From Wickerhamiella versatilis (taxonomy: Eukaryota): a DNA stretch of 64,000 nucleotides. Below, one piece after another: positions 40,966 to 50,355 of the stretch. Where the stretch lies: the NCBI GenBank assembly GCA_030867685.1, contig JAQOWU010000007.1:1798001-1862000 (forward strand). Direction: 5' to 3'. The notes under the pieces were generated by a model. That model saw nothing but the letters and a program-made list of their open reading frames with translations. It did no database searches and was not told where the DNA came from. The first letter of the stretch is position 1, and every line of letters begins with the position of its first letter. The translations under genes were made by a program, and so were the position numbers.

Positions 40966-42603
40966 TCAAGGTCTGCAGCGGCCAGAGAACCTAGGATAAA
41001 GAGTACAGTCCCTTACTGTGAAGCGATCACATAGCCAGGCAAGGATACGCTCGAGTCCCAGTCCGTAGCCACCATGCGGGAAAGAGCCATATTTACGCAG
41101 GTCTAGGAACCAGTAGTAAGGTGCTGTATCCATTCCCTCTCGCTTGAAGGCAGCAAGCATTTCGTCCAAATCCCAGGTACGCATGGAACCACCAACCACT
41201 TCACCGACATTAGGCATCAGGACGTCAACAGACTCGGTCACGCGAGGGTCATCCTTGCATTTAGGCATGTAAAAGCTCTTGATCTCCACAGGGAACCGGG
41301 TGAGAAGTATGGGCTCGTTGATGGTGTCCGTCATACGACGCTCCTCAGCTTCGGCGATATCATCACCAAACTCGAAGGGGCGGCCCTCAGGCGTCTTGAT
41401 ACCATGTTCATTCAGCCACTCAAGAGCCTCAATGTATGACATACGCCGGAACGGTACCTTTGGCGCCTTGAAATGAGGATTCAGTTGTTTGACCAATTCA
41501 GATACAATGGGGTCCGCCAAAATCTTGGCTATGACCCCAGTTATAAACTTCTCAATATGGTCAAGCATCTCATCAAAAGTCAGGAATCCCAACTCGGCCT
41601 CCACATGGGTGTACTCGCTTAGGTGACGTCTTGTATGTGACTTCTCGGCGCGGAAAGATTCCTGGATGCAGAACGCATCCCCAATGGCAGGAACACAGGT
41701 CTCGAGATAGAGCTGAGAGCTTTGAGTCAAGAATGCCGGCTCTCCATAGTAGTCGATGTTGAACAATGTCGAACCACCCTCAACCATAGACTGCACCATG
41801 CAGGGGGGAGTTACTTCTATAAGTTCAAGTTCGTGGTAGGTATCACGAATTGCCCGCAGCAATGCTGCCCTGACACGCATCACGGAACTCAACGTATCAC
41901 CACGAAGCGTGAGGTGGCGCAGGTCCAGAAGCAGGGATGGGTCTGCACCTTCTGTGACTCTATTGGTAAACGCATCATCACCGCCGGGTGCACTTCCAAT
42001 GACTTCATAGTAGTCGGCAACGAGTTCGTGTCCTCCTGGGGCGGACTTGCCATCTGGCAGTTCCTTCACAACCCCCTTAACTACAACTGATGTTTCACGG
42101 GTCAGCTGGCTGGTCTGATACGCATTAGCGAGATCTCCAGACAACACACACTGCAATAGTCCGGTACCATCCCTCAAGACAATGAACACGAGCCCTTTTT
42201 GAGAGCGCAGGCGGTGGATCCAGCCATATACTGCAGTCCGCTGGTCACGCTTCTCTTTAAGGTGAGAAATCTTCGCCTTCTTTGCCGCCGGAAGACTCTG
42301 GTCTTCCACAATCTTAATAGACTTTGAAGCCTCTATTTTAGCTGAGTCTTCGGCCTTCTTTTTCTCTGCCAGCTCTTGCTGCTTGGCCGTGGATGCTTGC
42401 TTCTTCACAAGCTGTTCTGCGCCCTTACGGGCCTTTTTCAGAGCACTTGGTGATATGGCATCCCAAGAACCATCTTCTTTGGCCACCTGGATTTCTTCAC
42501 TTTGAGTAGAAAAAATAGCAAATGCTGCCGTCTTGTAAGGTTTTTGCTGAGATCCTGCACCCACCTCATCAACTCCCTTTACGGGATCTACATAGGACGG
42601 CAT
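40966..42603 (-). CDS. DED81: Cytosolic asparaginyl-tRNA synthetase
   Basis: VEGGSTLF, LTQSSQLYLET, FRAEKSHTRRHLSEYTHVEAE, CTLYPRFSGRCRP. Confidence 0.97.
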   Translation of the reverse strand: MPSYVDPVKGVDEVGAGSQQKPYKTAAFAIFSTQSEEIQVAKEDGSWDAISPSALKKARKGAEQLVKKQASTAKQQELAEKKKAEDSAKIEASKSIKIVEDQSLPAAKKAKISHLKEKRDQRTAVYGWIHRLRSQKGLVFIVLRDGTGLLQCVLSGDLANAYQTSQLTRETSVVVKGVVKELPDGKSAPGGHELVADYYEVIGSAPGGDDAFTNRVTEGADPSLLLDLRHLTLRGDTLSSVMRVRAALLRAIRDTYHELELIEVTPPCMVQSMVEGGSTLFNIDYYGEPAFLTQSSQLYLETCVPAIGDAFCIQESFRAEKSHTRRHLSEYTHVEAELGFLTFDEMLDHIEKFITGVIAKILADPIVSELVKQLNPHFKAPKVPFRRMSYIEALEWLNEHGIKTPEGRPFEFGDDIAEAEERRMTDTINEPILLTRFPVEIKSFYMPKCKDDPRVTESVDVLMPNVGEVVGGSMRTWDLDEMLAAFKREGMDTAPYYWFLDLRKYGSFPHGGYGLGLERILAWLCDRFTVRDCTLYPRFSGRCRP

Positions 42604-42670
42604 ATTGAATCAGTCAATATTAGTCACTGGGTGGGTTCGCTTCTATCTACGCTGAGTCACTCAAAGTACC
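42604..42670. promoter_or_regulatory. 67-bp bidirectional promoter with Gcn4/AP-1 site TGAGTCA and near-matches
   Basis: TGAGTCA 42653-42659, TTAGTCA 42620-42626, TGAATCA 42606-42612. Confidence 0.6.
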
Positions 42671-44251
42671 ATGTCTGGAAAAGTTGAAAAAGCCACAAAG
42701 GATATGAGCCTGAAAGACAAGAAGAAGGATCAACAGCCAGCTTTGATTGGAATAACTTCTAAGAAGGAAGAAGACTTTTCCAACTGGTTTCAGCAGATTT
42801 GCTTGAAGAGTGAGCTGCTAGATTTCGGTGATGTCAGTGGCTGCTACGTTCTCCGTCCCCAGTCCTACGCTGTATGGGAGAGTATCCAAGAATTTTTTAA
42901 TGCAAAAATTAAGACTATTGGGGTGCGCAACGCATATTTCCCCATGTTCGTGTCTAACCGAGTATTGGAGAAAGAAAAGGACCATGTGGAGGGTTTTGCG
43001 CCCGAGGTGGCCTGGGTCACCCGTGCAGGGTCTTCTGAGCTTGAAGAGCCAGTTGCACTCCGCCCAACCAGTGAGACTGTGATGTATCCATATTATGCAA
43101 AATGGATTCGATCTCACCGTGACCTACCACTTCGGTTGAACCAGTGGAACAATGTTATCCGCTGGGAATTCAAGCACCCACAGCCGTTTTTGCGTACACG
43201 TGAGTTCCTCTGGCAAGAGGGCCACACCGCCCACCTTACGCGTGAGGGCGCTGAGGAAGAGGTCATGCAAATCCTGGACTTCTATTACAAGATCTATACC
43301 GATCTGCTTGCTGTTCCCATGATAAAGGGACGTAAGACTGATAGTGAAAAGTTTGCCGGATCTTTCTTTTCAATGAGTGTTGAGGGTTATATCCCTGGCA
43401 CGGGACGGGGTATCCAAGGTGCGACCTCGCATTGCCTGGGCCAGAATTTCTCAAAGATGTTCAACATCGTGGTCGAAGACCCGGAGAATCCTGAGCAGAA
43501 GCGGTTTGTTTGGCAGAACTCATGGGGATTCTCCACCCGTAGCATTGGTGTTATGATCATGGTCCACTCTGACAATAAGGGACTTGTTCTGCCGCCCCGT
43601 GTTGCGCAAACTCAGGCGGTAGTGATTCCTGTGGGCCTCACAAAGAACTTGGCGGAAGATAAACGTAAGGCAGTAAACGATGCCTCTAGCGTTATCACGT
43701 CGAAACTTATAGACGCTGGTGTTCGTGTGGATCTCGACGATCGTCTAAACTACAGCCCTGGATTCAAATTCAACGACGCCGAGCTGCATGGTGTCCCTCT
43801 TCAGATTGAAGTTGGTCCGCGTGATGTTGCCAACGAGGTTTGTGTAGTGAAGAGACGTGACGATGGATCTAAAGAAACAGTTAACATAGCAGATGCGTCT
43901 ACCCGCATCCCTGAGATCTTGAATGAGATGCATCACGCCCTCTATAACAAGGCTAAGGATGCTTTTGATGAGGCTGTTATCATGGTGAAGGATGTTGATG
44001 AGATGGCCCCTGAGCTCAATAAGAAGCACCAGCTTCTCGCTCCATTCTGCGGTAAAGAGGCTTGTGAGGACAACATCAAGGATTACACTCAGCGTAAATC
44101 TGCAGGCGAGGTTGTGGACGATAAGGCACCCTCCATGGGCGCCAAGACGCTATGCATACCCTTGGAGCAGCCTCCCCTCGAGCCGAACCAGAAATGTTGT
44201 GGTTGCGATGCGCCAGCCCAGTATTGGACCTTGTTCGGACGCTCCTACTAA
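42671..44251 (+). CDS. Cytosolic prolyl-tRNA synthetase (YHR020W ortholog)
   Basis: EKEKDHVEGFAPEVAWVT, LRPTSETVMYPYYAKW, FLRTREFLWQEGHTAH, QGATSHCLGQNF, C-terminal LFGRSY. Confidence 0.97.
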   Translation: MSGKVEKATKDMSLKDKKKDQQPALIGITSKKEEDFSNWFQQICLKSELLDFGDVSGCYVLRPQSYAVWESIQEFFNAKIKTIGVRNAYFPMFVSNRVLEKEKDHVEGFAPEVAWVTRAGSSELEEPVALRPTSETVMYPYYAKWIRSHRDLPLRLNQWNNVIRWEFKHPQPFLRTREFLWQEGHTAHLTREGAEEEVMQILDFYYKIYTDLLAVPMIKGRKTDSEKFAGSFFSMSVEGYIPGTGRGIQGATSHCLGQNFSKMFNIVVEDPENPEQKRFVWQNSWGFSTRSIGVMIMVHSDNKGLVLPPRVAQTQAVVIPVGLTKNLAEDKRKAVNDASSVITSKLIDAGVRVDLDDRLNYSPGFKFNDAELHGVPLQIEVGPRDVANEVCVVKRRDDGSKETVNIADASTRIPEILNEMHHALYNKAKDAFDEAVIMVKDVDEMAPELNKKHQLLAPFCGKEACEDNIKDYTQRKSAGEVVDDKAPSMGAKTLCIPLEQPPLEPNQKCCGCDAPAQYWTLFGRSY

Positions 44252-44455
44252 ACACGAGGAGAGCACGAGCTGTAAAAGAGGTTCAGCTTCGGTTTATATA
44301 GAAGCCTAAGGTCTTTTAAAAACATAATATGTGGAAACACAGCCTATAGTTGACCTATGTAGTTAGTTCTGGCTTTTCAGAAATTTGATGCAATTGTATT
44401 ACTGGAAAATATGAGAGAAGCGGAAGGGAAGGTTCACGGGGACGGTTATGCATAT

Positions 44456-44878
44456 CTATAGTTCCTCAAGCGCCTGCTTGATTTCCGCATTTCTTTGTTT
44501 AAGCTGGTCAACTAAAGAAATACTCCGTGCAACCTGTTCATTGAAGGTTCCCCGTAGCTCTGGGAGATCTGCATTGGTTCGCGAATTACTTCCAGTAATA
44601 CATAGAAGTCGTGACTGCTGTCCATGATCAAGTGCCTGCACTTGCAAACTGGCATCCACAACTTGCCATTCAGGAGATATTGACCGACAAGACTTTAAAA
44701 GGCGGCCGGTATCGTCAAGATCGCACAATACTGATATGTCCCCATTCTGTCGTTCTAACGCATCCAATTCAGGAGAAAACCCATCATCCTCATAAATATA
44801 GTGTACCTCGGGGTAAATTGTGGTCTTTCCCCCATCGATAGTGTTCTGCAGCACAACAAAGAAGTTCTCTTTTTCCAT
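44456..44878 (-). CDS. ATG31: Autophagy protein Atg31-like
   Basis: IYPEVHYIYEDD and SISPEWQV motifs, C-terminal helix LVDQLKQRNAEIK; divergent from SES1 as in S. cerevisiae (YDR022C/YDR023W). Confidence 0.75.
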   Translation of the reverse strand: MEKENFFVVLQNTIDGGKTTIYPEVHYIYEDDGFSPELDALERQNGDISVLCDLDDTGRLLKSCRSISPEWQVVDASLQVQALDHGQQSRLLCITGSNSRTNADLPELRGTFNEQVARSISLVDQLKQRNAEIKQALEEL

Positions 44879-44970
44879 CTGCACGTTGTAGACTCCCTGA
44901 TTAAATAATTAGTCAGTGCACCTTTCTCGTGGTAGTAGACACTGTGACAAGTTAATATTGACTAATACCT

Positions 44971-46326
44971 ATGCTTGACATTCAGTCATTTATTGAAGAA
45001 AAAGGAGGAAATCCAGAGGCCCTTAAGGCGAGTCAGCGCGCGCGTGGTGATAGCGTCGAGCTTATCGATGAAATTATTGCTGAGTATAAGGGCTGGACCC
45101 GTCTGCGGTTCCAGCTTGACGAGCTTAACAAGAAACAGAATGCATTGCAAAAGCAGATTGGAGCCAAGTTCAAGGCCAAGGAGGACCCCAAGGAGCTTCT
45201 TGCTCAGAAGGAAGAATTAGTCCAGGAAAAGGCCAGAGTTCAGGAGGAAGAGAAGGCCGCGGAAAGTCAAATGCGTGGGAAGGTGAACCTTGTTGGTAAT
45301 ATCGTGCATCCCAGCGTCCCTGTTAGTGACGATGAGGAGAACAACGAGCTCATCCGCACTTGGGCACCTAACGGGGAGGATCCTGCTGAGCGTAAGGTCA
45401 AGCTAAGCCATGACGAGGTCCTGACCCGTCTGAACGGATTCGATCCCGAGCGTGGTCAAAAGATTAACGGTCATCGTGGCTACTTCCTCCGCAACTACGG
45501 TGTGTTCTTGAACAATGCTTTGATTCAATTTGGCTTGGATATCCTTTTCAAGGAGGGATATGTGCCTCTTCAGGCTCCTGTCATGATGAACAAAGACATA
45601 ATGGCCCGGACTGCTCAACTCTCGCAGTTTGACGAGGAGCTCTACAAGGTTTACGATGGTGATGATGAGAAGTATCTTATCGCCACGTCTGAACAGCCTA
45701 TAAGTGCTTACCACTCTGGAGAGTGGTTTGAGAGTCCTGCCGAGCAGCTTCCCGTTCGCTATGCAGGCTACTCATCCTGCTTCCGTCGCGAGGCGGGATC
45801 CCATGGCAAGGATGCTTGGGGTATTTTCCGTGTACACGAGTTCCAGAAAATTGAGCAGTTCTGTCTCACTGAACCGGAAAAATCCTGGGAAGAATTCGAC
45901 GCGATGATCGCCCATGCTGAGCAGTTCTATCAGCAGTTGGAAATCCCATATCGCGTTGTTGCGATCGTCAGTGGTGAACTTAACAATGCTGCTGCAAAGA
46001 AGTATGATCTCGAGGCTTGGTTCCCATTCCAGCAGTCATACAAGGAGCTTGTGTCCTGCTCGAATTGCACGGATTACCAGTCGCGCAACCTCGAAATTCG
46101 TTGTGGTGTTAAGAAGATGAACGAACGGGAAAAGAAGTATGTGCACTGCCTAAATTCCACCCTATGTGCCACGGAGAGAGCCCTTTGCTGCATCCTCGAG
46201 AACTACCAGACAGATGACGGGCTCGTTGTACCCGAGAAGCTGCGTAAGTACATTCCTGGCGAACCTAAATTCCTTCCTTTCGTTGCTGAGCTCAAAAAGG
46301 AGAAGAAGGAGGGCAGTAAAAAATAA
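44971..46326 (+). CDS. SES1: Cytosolic seryl-tRNA synthetase
   Basis: MLDI start, YLIATSEQP, CFRREAGSHGKDAWGIFRVH, ELVSCSNCTDYQSR. Confidence 0.97.
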   Translation: MLDIQSFIEEKGGNPEALKASQRARGDSVELIDEIIAEYKGWTRLRFQLDELNKKQNALQKQIGAKFKAKEDPKELLAQKEELVQEKARVQEEEKAAESQMRGKVNLVGNIVHPSVPVSDDEENNELIRTWAPNGEDPAERKVKLSHDEVLTRLNGFDPERGQKINGHRGYFLRNYGVFLNNALIQFGLDILFKEGYVPLQAPVMMNKDIMARTAQLSQFDEELYKVYDGDDEKYLIATSEQPISAYHSGEWFESPAEQLPVRYAGYSSCFRREAGSHGKDAWGIFRVHEFQKIEQFCLTEPEKSWEEFDAMIAHAEQFYQQLEIPYRVVAIVSGELNNAAAKKYDLEAWFPFQQSYKELVSCSNCTDYQSRNLEIRCGVKKMNEREKKYVHCLNSTLCATERALCCILENYQTDDGLVVPEKLRKYIPGEPKFLPFVAELKKEKKEGSKK

Positions 46327-46570
46327 ACACAGCCTGGGAATTTCCGCTCACCTCATTAATTTGGCTCACAAGTATTATTTTCTTTAGCGTTACTTTCGCA
46401 GCTAATTCTGGCGGAACCTAGATTCACTTAGATAGGACTAATAACCAGCAATTAGTTTATGTCAAGAAACCTTTCCCTAACAACTTTACCGTGATTCAGT
46501 AAGACGACGACACATTGCTTACAACAGCATTTATCGCCCAACCACGTGAGGATAGCATTGGTGGAGTGCC

Positions 46571-47767
46571 ATGGGAGATGAAGGCGTTAGTTACGGAGAG
46601 ATCAGTTTACTGGCGTTGCAGGCCGTAATACAGTCTGTATTTATCTGTCTGATTGGGTACTGGGCAAGCATTGCAGGCTATCTTAGCCGATCAACCCAGA
46701 AGAACCTCAGCACATTGAATGTCCAAATCCTGACTCCAGCACTGATTTTCTCGAAAATGGCGAAATCTCTTAGTGTATCTGCACTGGTGGATGTCGCAGT
46801 CATACCCGCTTTCTATGCTTTGTCTACCGGCGTGGCTTATCTCTGTGGAAGGGGTTTTAGCCGTTGGATGAAACTGCCTAGCAATGAGAACAATTTCGTG
46901 ACTGCTATGGCAGTTTTTGGTAATTCCAATTCGGTTCCTGTATCAACCACTGTAGCCCTGGCCTATTCTCTCCCCATGTTGCGATGGCCCGATATTCCTG
47001 GCGACGATGCAGACAATGTGGCGTCGCGCGGACTATTATACCTGCTAATTTTCCAGCAACTGGGCCAGATGCTTAGATGGTCTTGGGGCTACAATACGCT
47101 GCTGGCCAAACCGCAGCCTGATGAGCCTCCCACAGAAACGATCAATTTGAATGAAAACGACGAGGTGAGAAGGTTCTCCTTTAAAAAATTTGTGACGATG
47201 TTTTTCCGCGAGTTCTATCAATTTATGAACCCTCCTCTCTGGTCAATGCTGGCCGCTATCGTCGTGGCAAGTGTTCCGGCTCTCAAACATGAGATGTACG
47301 AAAAAGATGGGTTTATAGCAATGACGCTGGCTCGTGCAATCCAGAATGTAGGCTCTACAGCAATCCCATTAATTCTTATTGTACTGGGGTCTAATCTGGC
47401 ACCACCTGTGGGTGAAGATGCCCACTTGGATCTTCAGCCGAGTCCACGGTACGCTAAGATCATTACCGCCAGCATGCTTAGCAGAATGATACTCCCCTCG
47501 TTCTTCATGCTTCCAATAATTGCGCTGAGTGTAAAGTATCTTCATATTTCAATCCTCGACGACCCGATATTCCTTGTGGCCAGTTTCTTACTCACTGTAA
47601 GCCCTCCAGCTATTCAGCTTTCCCAGATTTGTCAAATAAACCAGATATTCGAACTTGAAATGGCAGGGGTTCTATTCTGGGGCTATGCTATATTCACGCT
47701 TCCATCCACGATCGTCGTAGTCGTGGCTGCTCTTGAAGTGCTGAATTGGGCGGGTATAGCAAACTAA
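46571..47767 (+). CDS. Auxin-efflux-carrier / PIN-like (PILS) transporter, YBR287W type
   Basis: TPALIFSKMA, FGNSNSVP, QQLGQMLRWSWGYN, FMNPPL, SPPAIQLSQICQIN. Confidence 0.88.
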   Translation: MGDEGVSYGEISLLALQAVIQSVFICLIGYWASIAGYLSRSTQKNLSTLNVQILTPALIFSKMAKSLSVSALVDVAVIPAFYALSTGVAYLCGRGFSRWMKLPSNENNFVTAMAVFGNSNSVPVSTTVALAYSLPMLRWPDIPGDDADNVASRGLLYLLIFQQLGQMLRWSWGYNTLLAKPQPDEPPTETINLNENDEVRRFSFKKFVTMFFREFYQFMNPPLWSMLAAIVVASVPALKHEMYEKDGFIAMTLARAIQNVGSTAIPLILIVLGSNLAPPVGEDAHLDLQPSPRYAKIITASMLSRMILPSFFMLPIIALSVKYLHISILDDPIFLVASFLLTVSPPAIQLSQICQINQIFELEMAGVLFWGYAIFTLPSTIVVVVAALEVLNWAGIAN

Positions 47768-47984
47768 AAGCTACTAGAAAAAATAATGTGAATATTTTAG
47801 ATATAATCATGCCAGCTATCATTAATATTATCATTATCATTATTACTGTTTTATGCATTCACCTCAATATCGCCTTTATTACCACGGACGTAAGGTGCGG
47901 GGAAAGACCTAGCCAGCTTTAAGTTTATTTTCAACCTCAGTTCCAAACTCAGTTTCAAATTCAGTTCCAGCCTCAGTTCTAGCT

Positions 47985-48605
47985 TCAGCTTGCACTCAAT
48001 ATGCGAAGCATTGATTTCATACGGTCCTCAGACATTCCGTATGCAAACGACCGATAATCAATGGGACGGGTGATATCACTTTGTCGCATCCCTGACGTTA
48101 GCGTGGATGAAACGTAGGGATCCTCGGGGCACTCATCAATTTCGGAATATTCTTCAAGCTCTGCAAGGTCATCAAGCCATCCAAGTACATGACGCCCATT
48201 AGGCTGGGGAGGGAGCACCTCGTACATCTGCTCACCATTGGCAGTAATGGCAAAAAATTCCAACGCCTGCACGTAGGCATCCGGAGATAATTTCACGAAC
48301 GCCAAATCGTCAAATATCAAGTGAGCAACCAGGGGTACATGGGTCCTGCCAGCAAACGTAAGCCCGCTCCATAACGCCTTCATGCAAACCGCAACACCAC
48401 CAAGCCTTCGTAAATATAGGCTATGGGGAGGAAGCTGAAACATGGGGTCAACGTACACACTGTAATTAGGGCAGTCCATGTCCGCACAATACACGGAATC
48501 GCAGTGTTTCTGACCCTCTGGTAAAACTTTCACCGGTTCATTCGTTGCACTCTCCGATGGAACCCGTTTCGTTCTTCGAGACGCCTTCTTTCGCGGCTTA
48601 GCCAT
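47985..48605 (-). CDS. Hypothetical protein (206 aa) with basic NLS-like N-terminus and Cys cluster
   Basis: MAKPRKKASRRTKR; HCDSVYCADMDC; no family recognised. Confidence 0.6.
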   Translation of the reverse strand: MAKPRKKASRRTKRVPSESATNEPVKVLPEGQKHCDSVYCADMDCPNYSVYVDPMFQLPPHSLYLRRLGGVAVCMKALWSGLTFAGRTHVPLVAHLIFDDLAFVKLSPDAYVQALEFFAITANGEQMYEVLPPQPNGRHVLGWLDDLAELEEYSEIDECPEDPYVSSTLTSGMRQSDITRPIDYRSFAYGMSEDRMKSMLRILSAS

Positions 48606-49128
48606 AATAACCGAGCTATGTACTAGAATTAGTCATGTAGTTTGGTGCTAAAATTCGAACACCCTGGCTCAGCCAACAGAGACCTTTATCTCCAGGGTAG
48701 AGGCGAATGGCATAATAAATACTTTGCTAATATATTCTTGATTCAGCAAAACTTTCAGCCGGGTTATTTACTCATAAATTAAGCTTTTGCAATTGAATAC
48801 TACAGGGAGCATCCATGAGAACGACTGGATGATAAAATTTTTTATATATGGCCGAAGTAAGCACGTTGCATATCTGTGACTCCTCCTCTCAAGCGATAGG
48901 GGCGCAGGTAATGAATTTCTCCCTGAGTGAGTGGGCACTAGGGTTATGCGTGATGACTGCGTCAGAGATAACACGTAAGCACGAGGGTTATATACAAGCA
49001 GAGTCTCTCGATATTGTCAAATATATTACCTAACTCGTTTTCGCTCTCAGCCGTGCACTGAGAGCCCATTTCGGAACAGACAGGTAATTACTAGACGAGT
49101 CGTCCCAGACCGCTTGTTTCTTTCTTAG

Positions 49129-49762
49129 AGCAGCGGTTTTTGAAGCAGAAGCGCCTTCCCCCAGCGTACTGGTGGTTACAGAAGAAGTTACAGAGTTCTT
49201 ACCCTTTTCTTCCTACGAACCCACTTTTGAACCTTTCGACAAACCGACTTTAGAAGACCAAGACTTTTTTAGCGGGTTTTCTGGATTTTTCGACTTTGAT
49301 TTACAATGCAATTTAATTGGTAACCAGCAACAACAATCCCCTTGTCTTTCAGACAATTCAACAGAATTGAACGATTCTGCATGTGGTAGCCCCCTTGGGC
49401 CTGATTACACGCCTCCAGAATCTGTAGGCGTGCAGGATGTCGATATCTCACCTGTTGTTCCGCTATGGAATCTTCCTCCTGTTGCTCATTGTCCACTACC
49501 GCCGCCGTCGCCAGCATCATCTGCATCTCCACCACAGCCAGCACTACAGCAGGCAGGAAGTCGAATTCCTTGCCAGGTTGGGGCGGTTGTGAAGAAGACG
49601 GATGATAAAGCGCGACAGCGGCGAATGCGCAACACTGAGGCAGCACGAAGAAGCCGTGGACGAAACAAGAAGCGAGTTGACGAACTAGAAACCCTCGTAG
49701 GCCGCCTGATGCATGAAAACCAGAATCTACGTCTCAAGATGGGTGAAAATTACAATATCTAA
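49129..49762 (+). CDS. GCN4: Gcn4/Cpc1-like bZIP transcription factor; start unresolved
   Basis: RRMRNTEAARRSR basic region plus zipper LETLVGRLMHENQNLR; acidic/Phe-rich activation-like N-part. Frame open from 49088; first in-frame ATG only at 49625. Confidence 0.75.
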
Positions 49763-50355
49763 TTTATATATATATTCTATAACCCAAATAAAGTTTACTT
49801 TTTTGTGGAACTTCTGACTGGTGTACAGCAACGTCGGAAAGCGGTGTAGTTGCTATTCAATATGTGGCATTGTGATGAAAGAGACTAATTTACCTTGGAT
49901 GATACGAGTGAGCTGAAGAAGGATAGCTCGCTGATGCTATGAGTATTAATCATCTATTTCATATTAATTGAAGTAGGATTCTAACTTTGGTTCTATTTAA
50001 CTCTCTACTTATTCCATAAAACTAGGTATTTTTCTGCTGGCTTTTTGCTACATCAAATAACAGCTTGGTTTCATCTCCAAGCAAAAAACACCAGACAACT
50101 GGCGATCTGCGTAAATTACCAATAAGTAATAAAACCTTCTTAGTTGTGCATTCGTACCATCTTCTGGATTTCTATCGATACAATTGAGCAAATTCCTTCG
50201 TTACTTTTGGCGAATGAAAATCCACAAATGGGTGAACATTTAAGACTAATTACGGCCAGATCACTCTAAGACCCGTTCTACATGCTTTTTGCACACAGGT
50301 ATCAAACCTTGTCTTAAATTTATATAAAAAGCAAGGACGGATAGATCGAAAAAGT

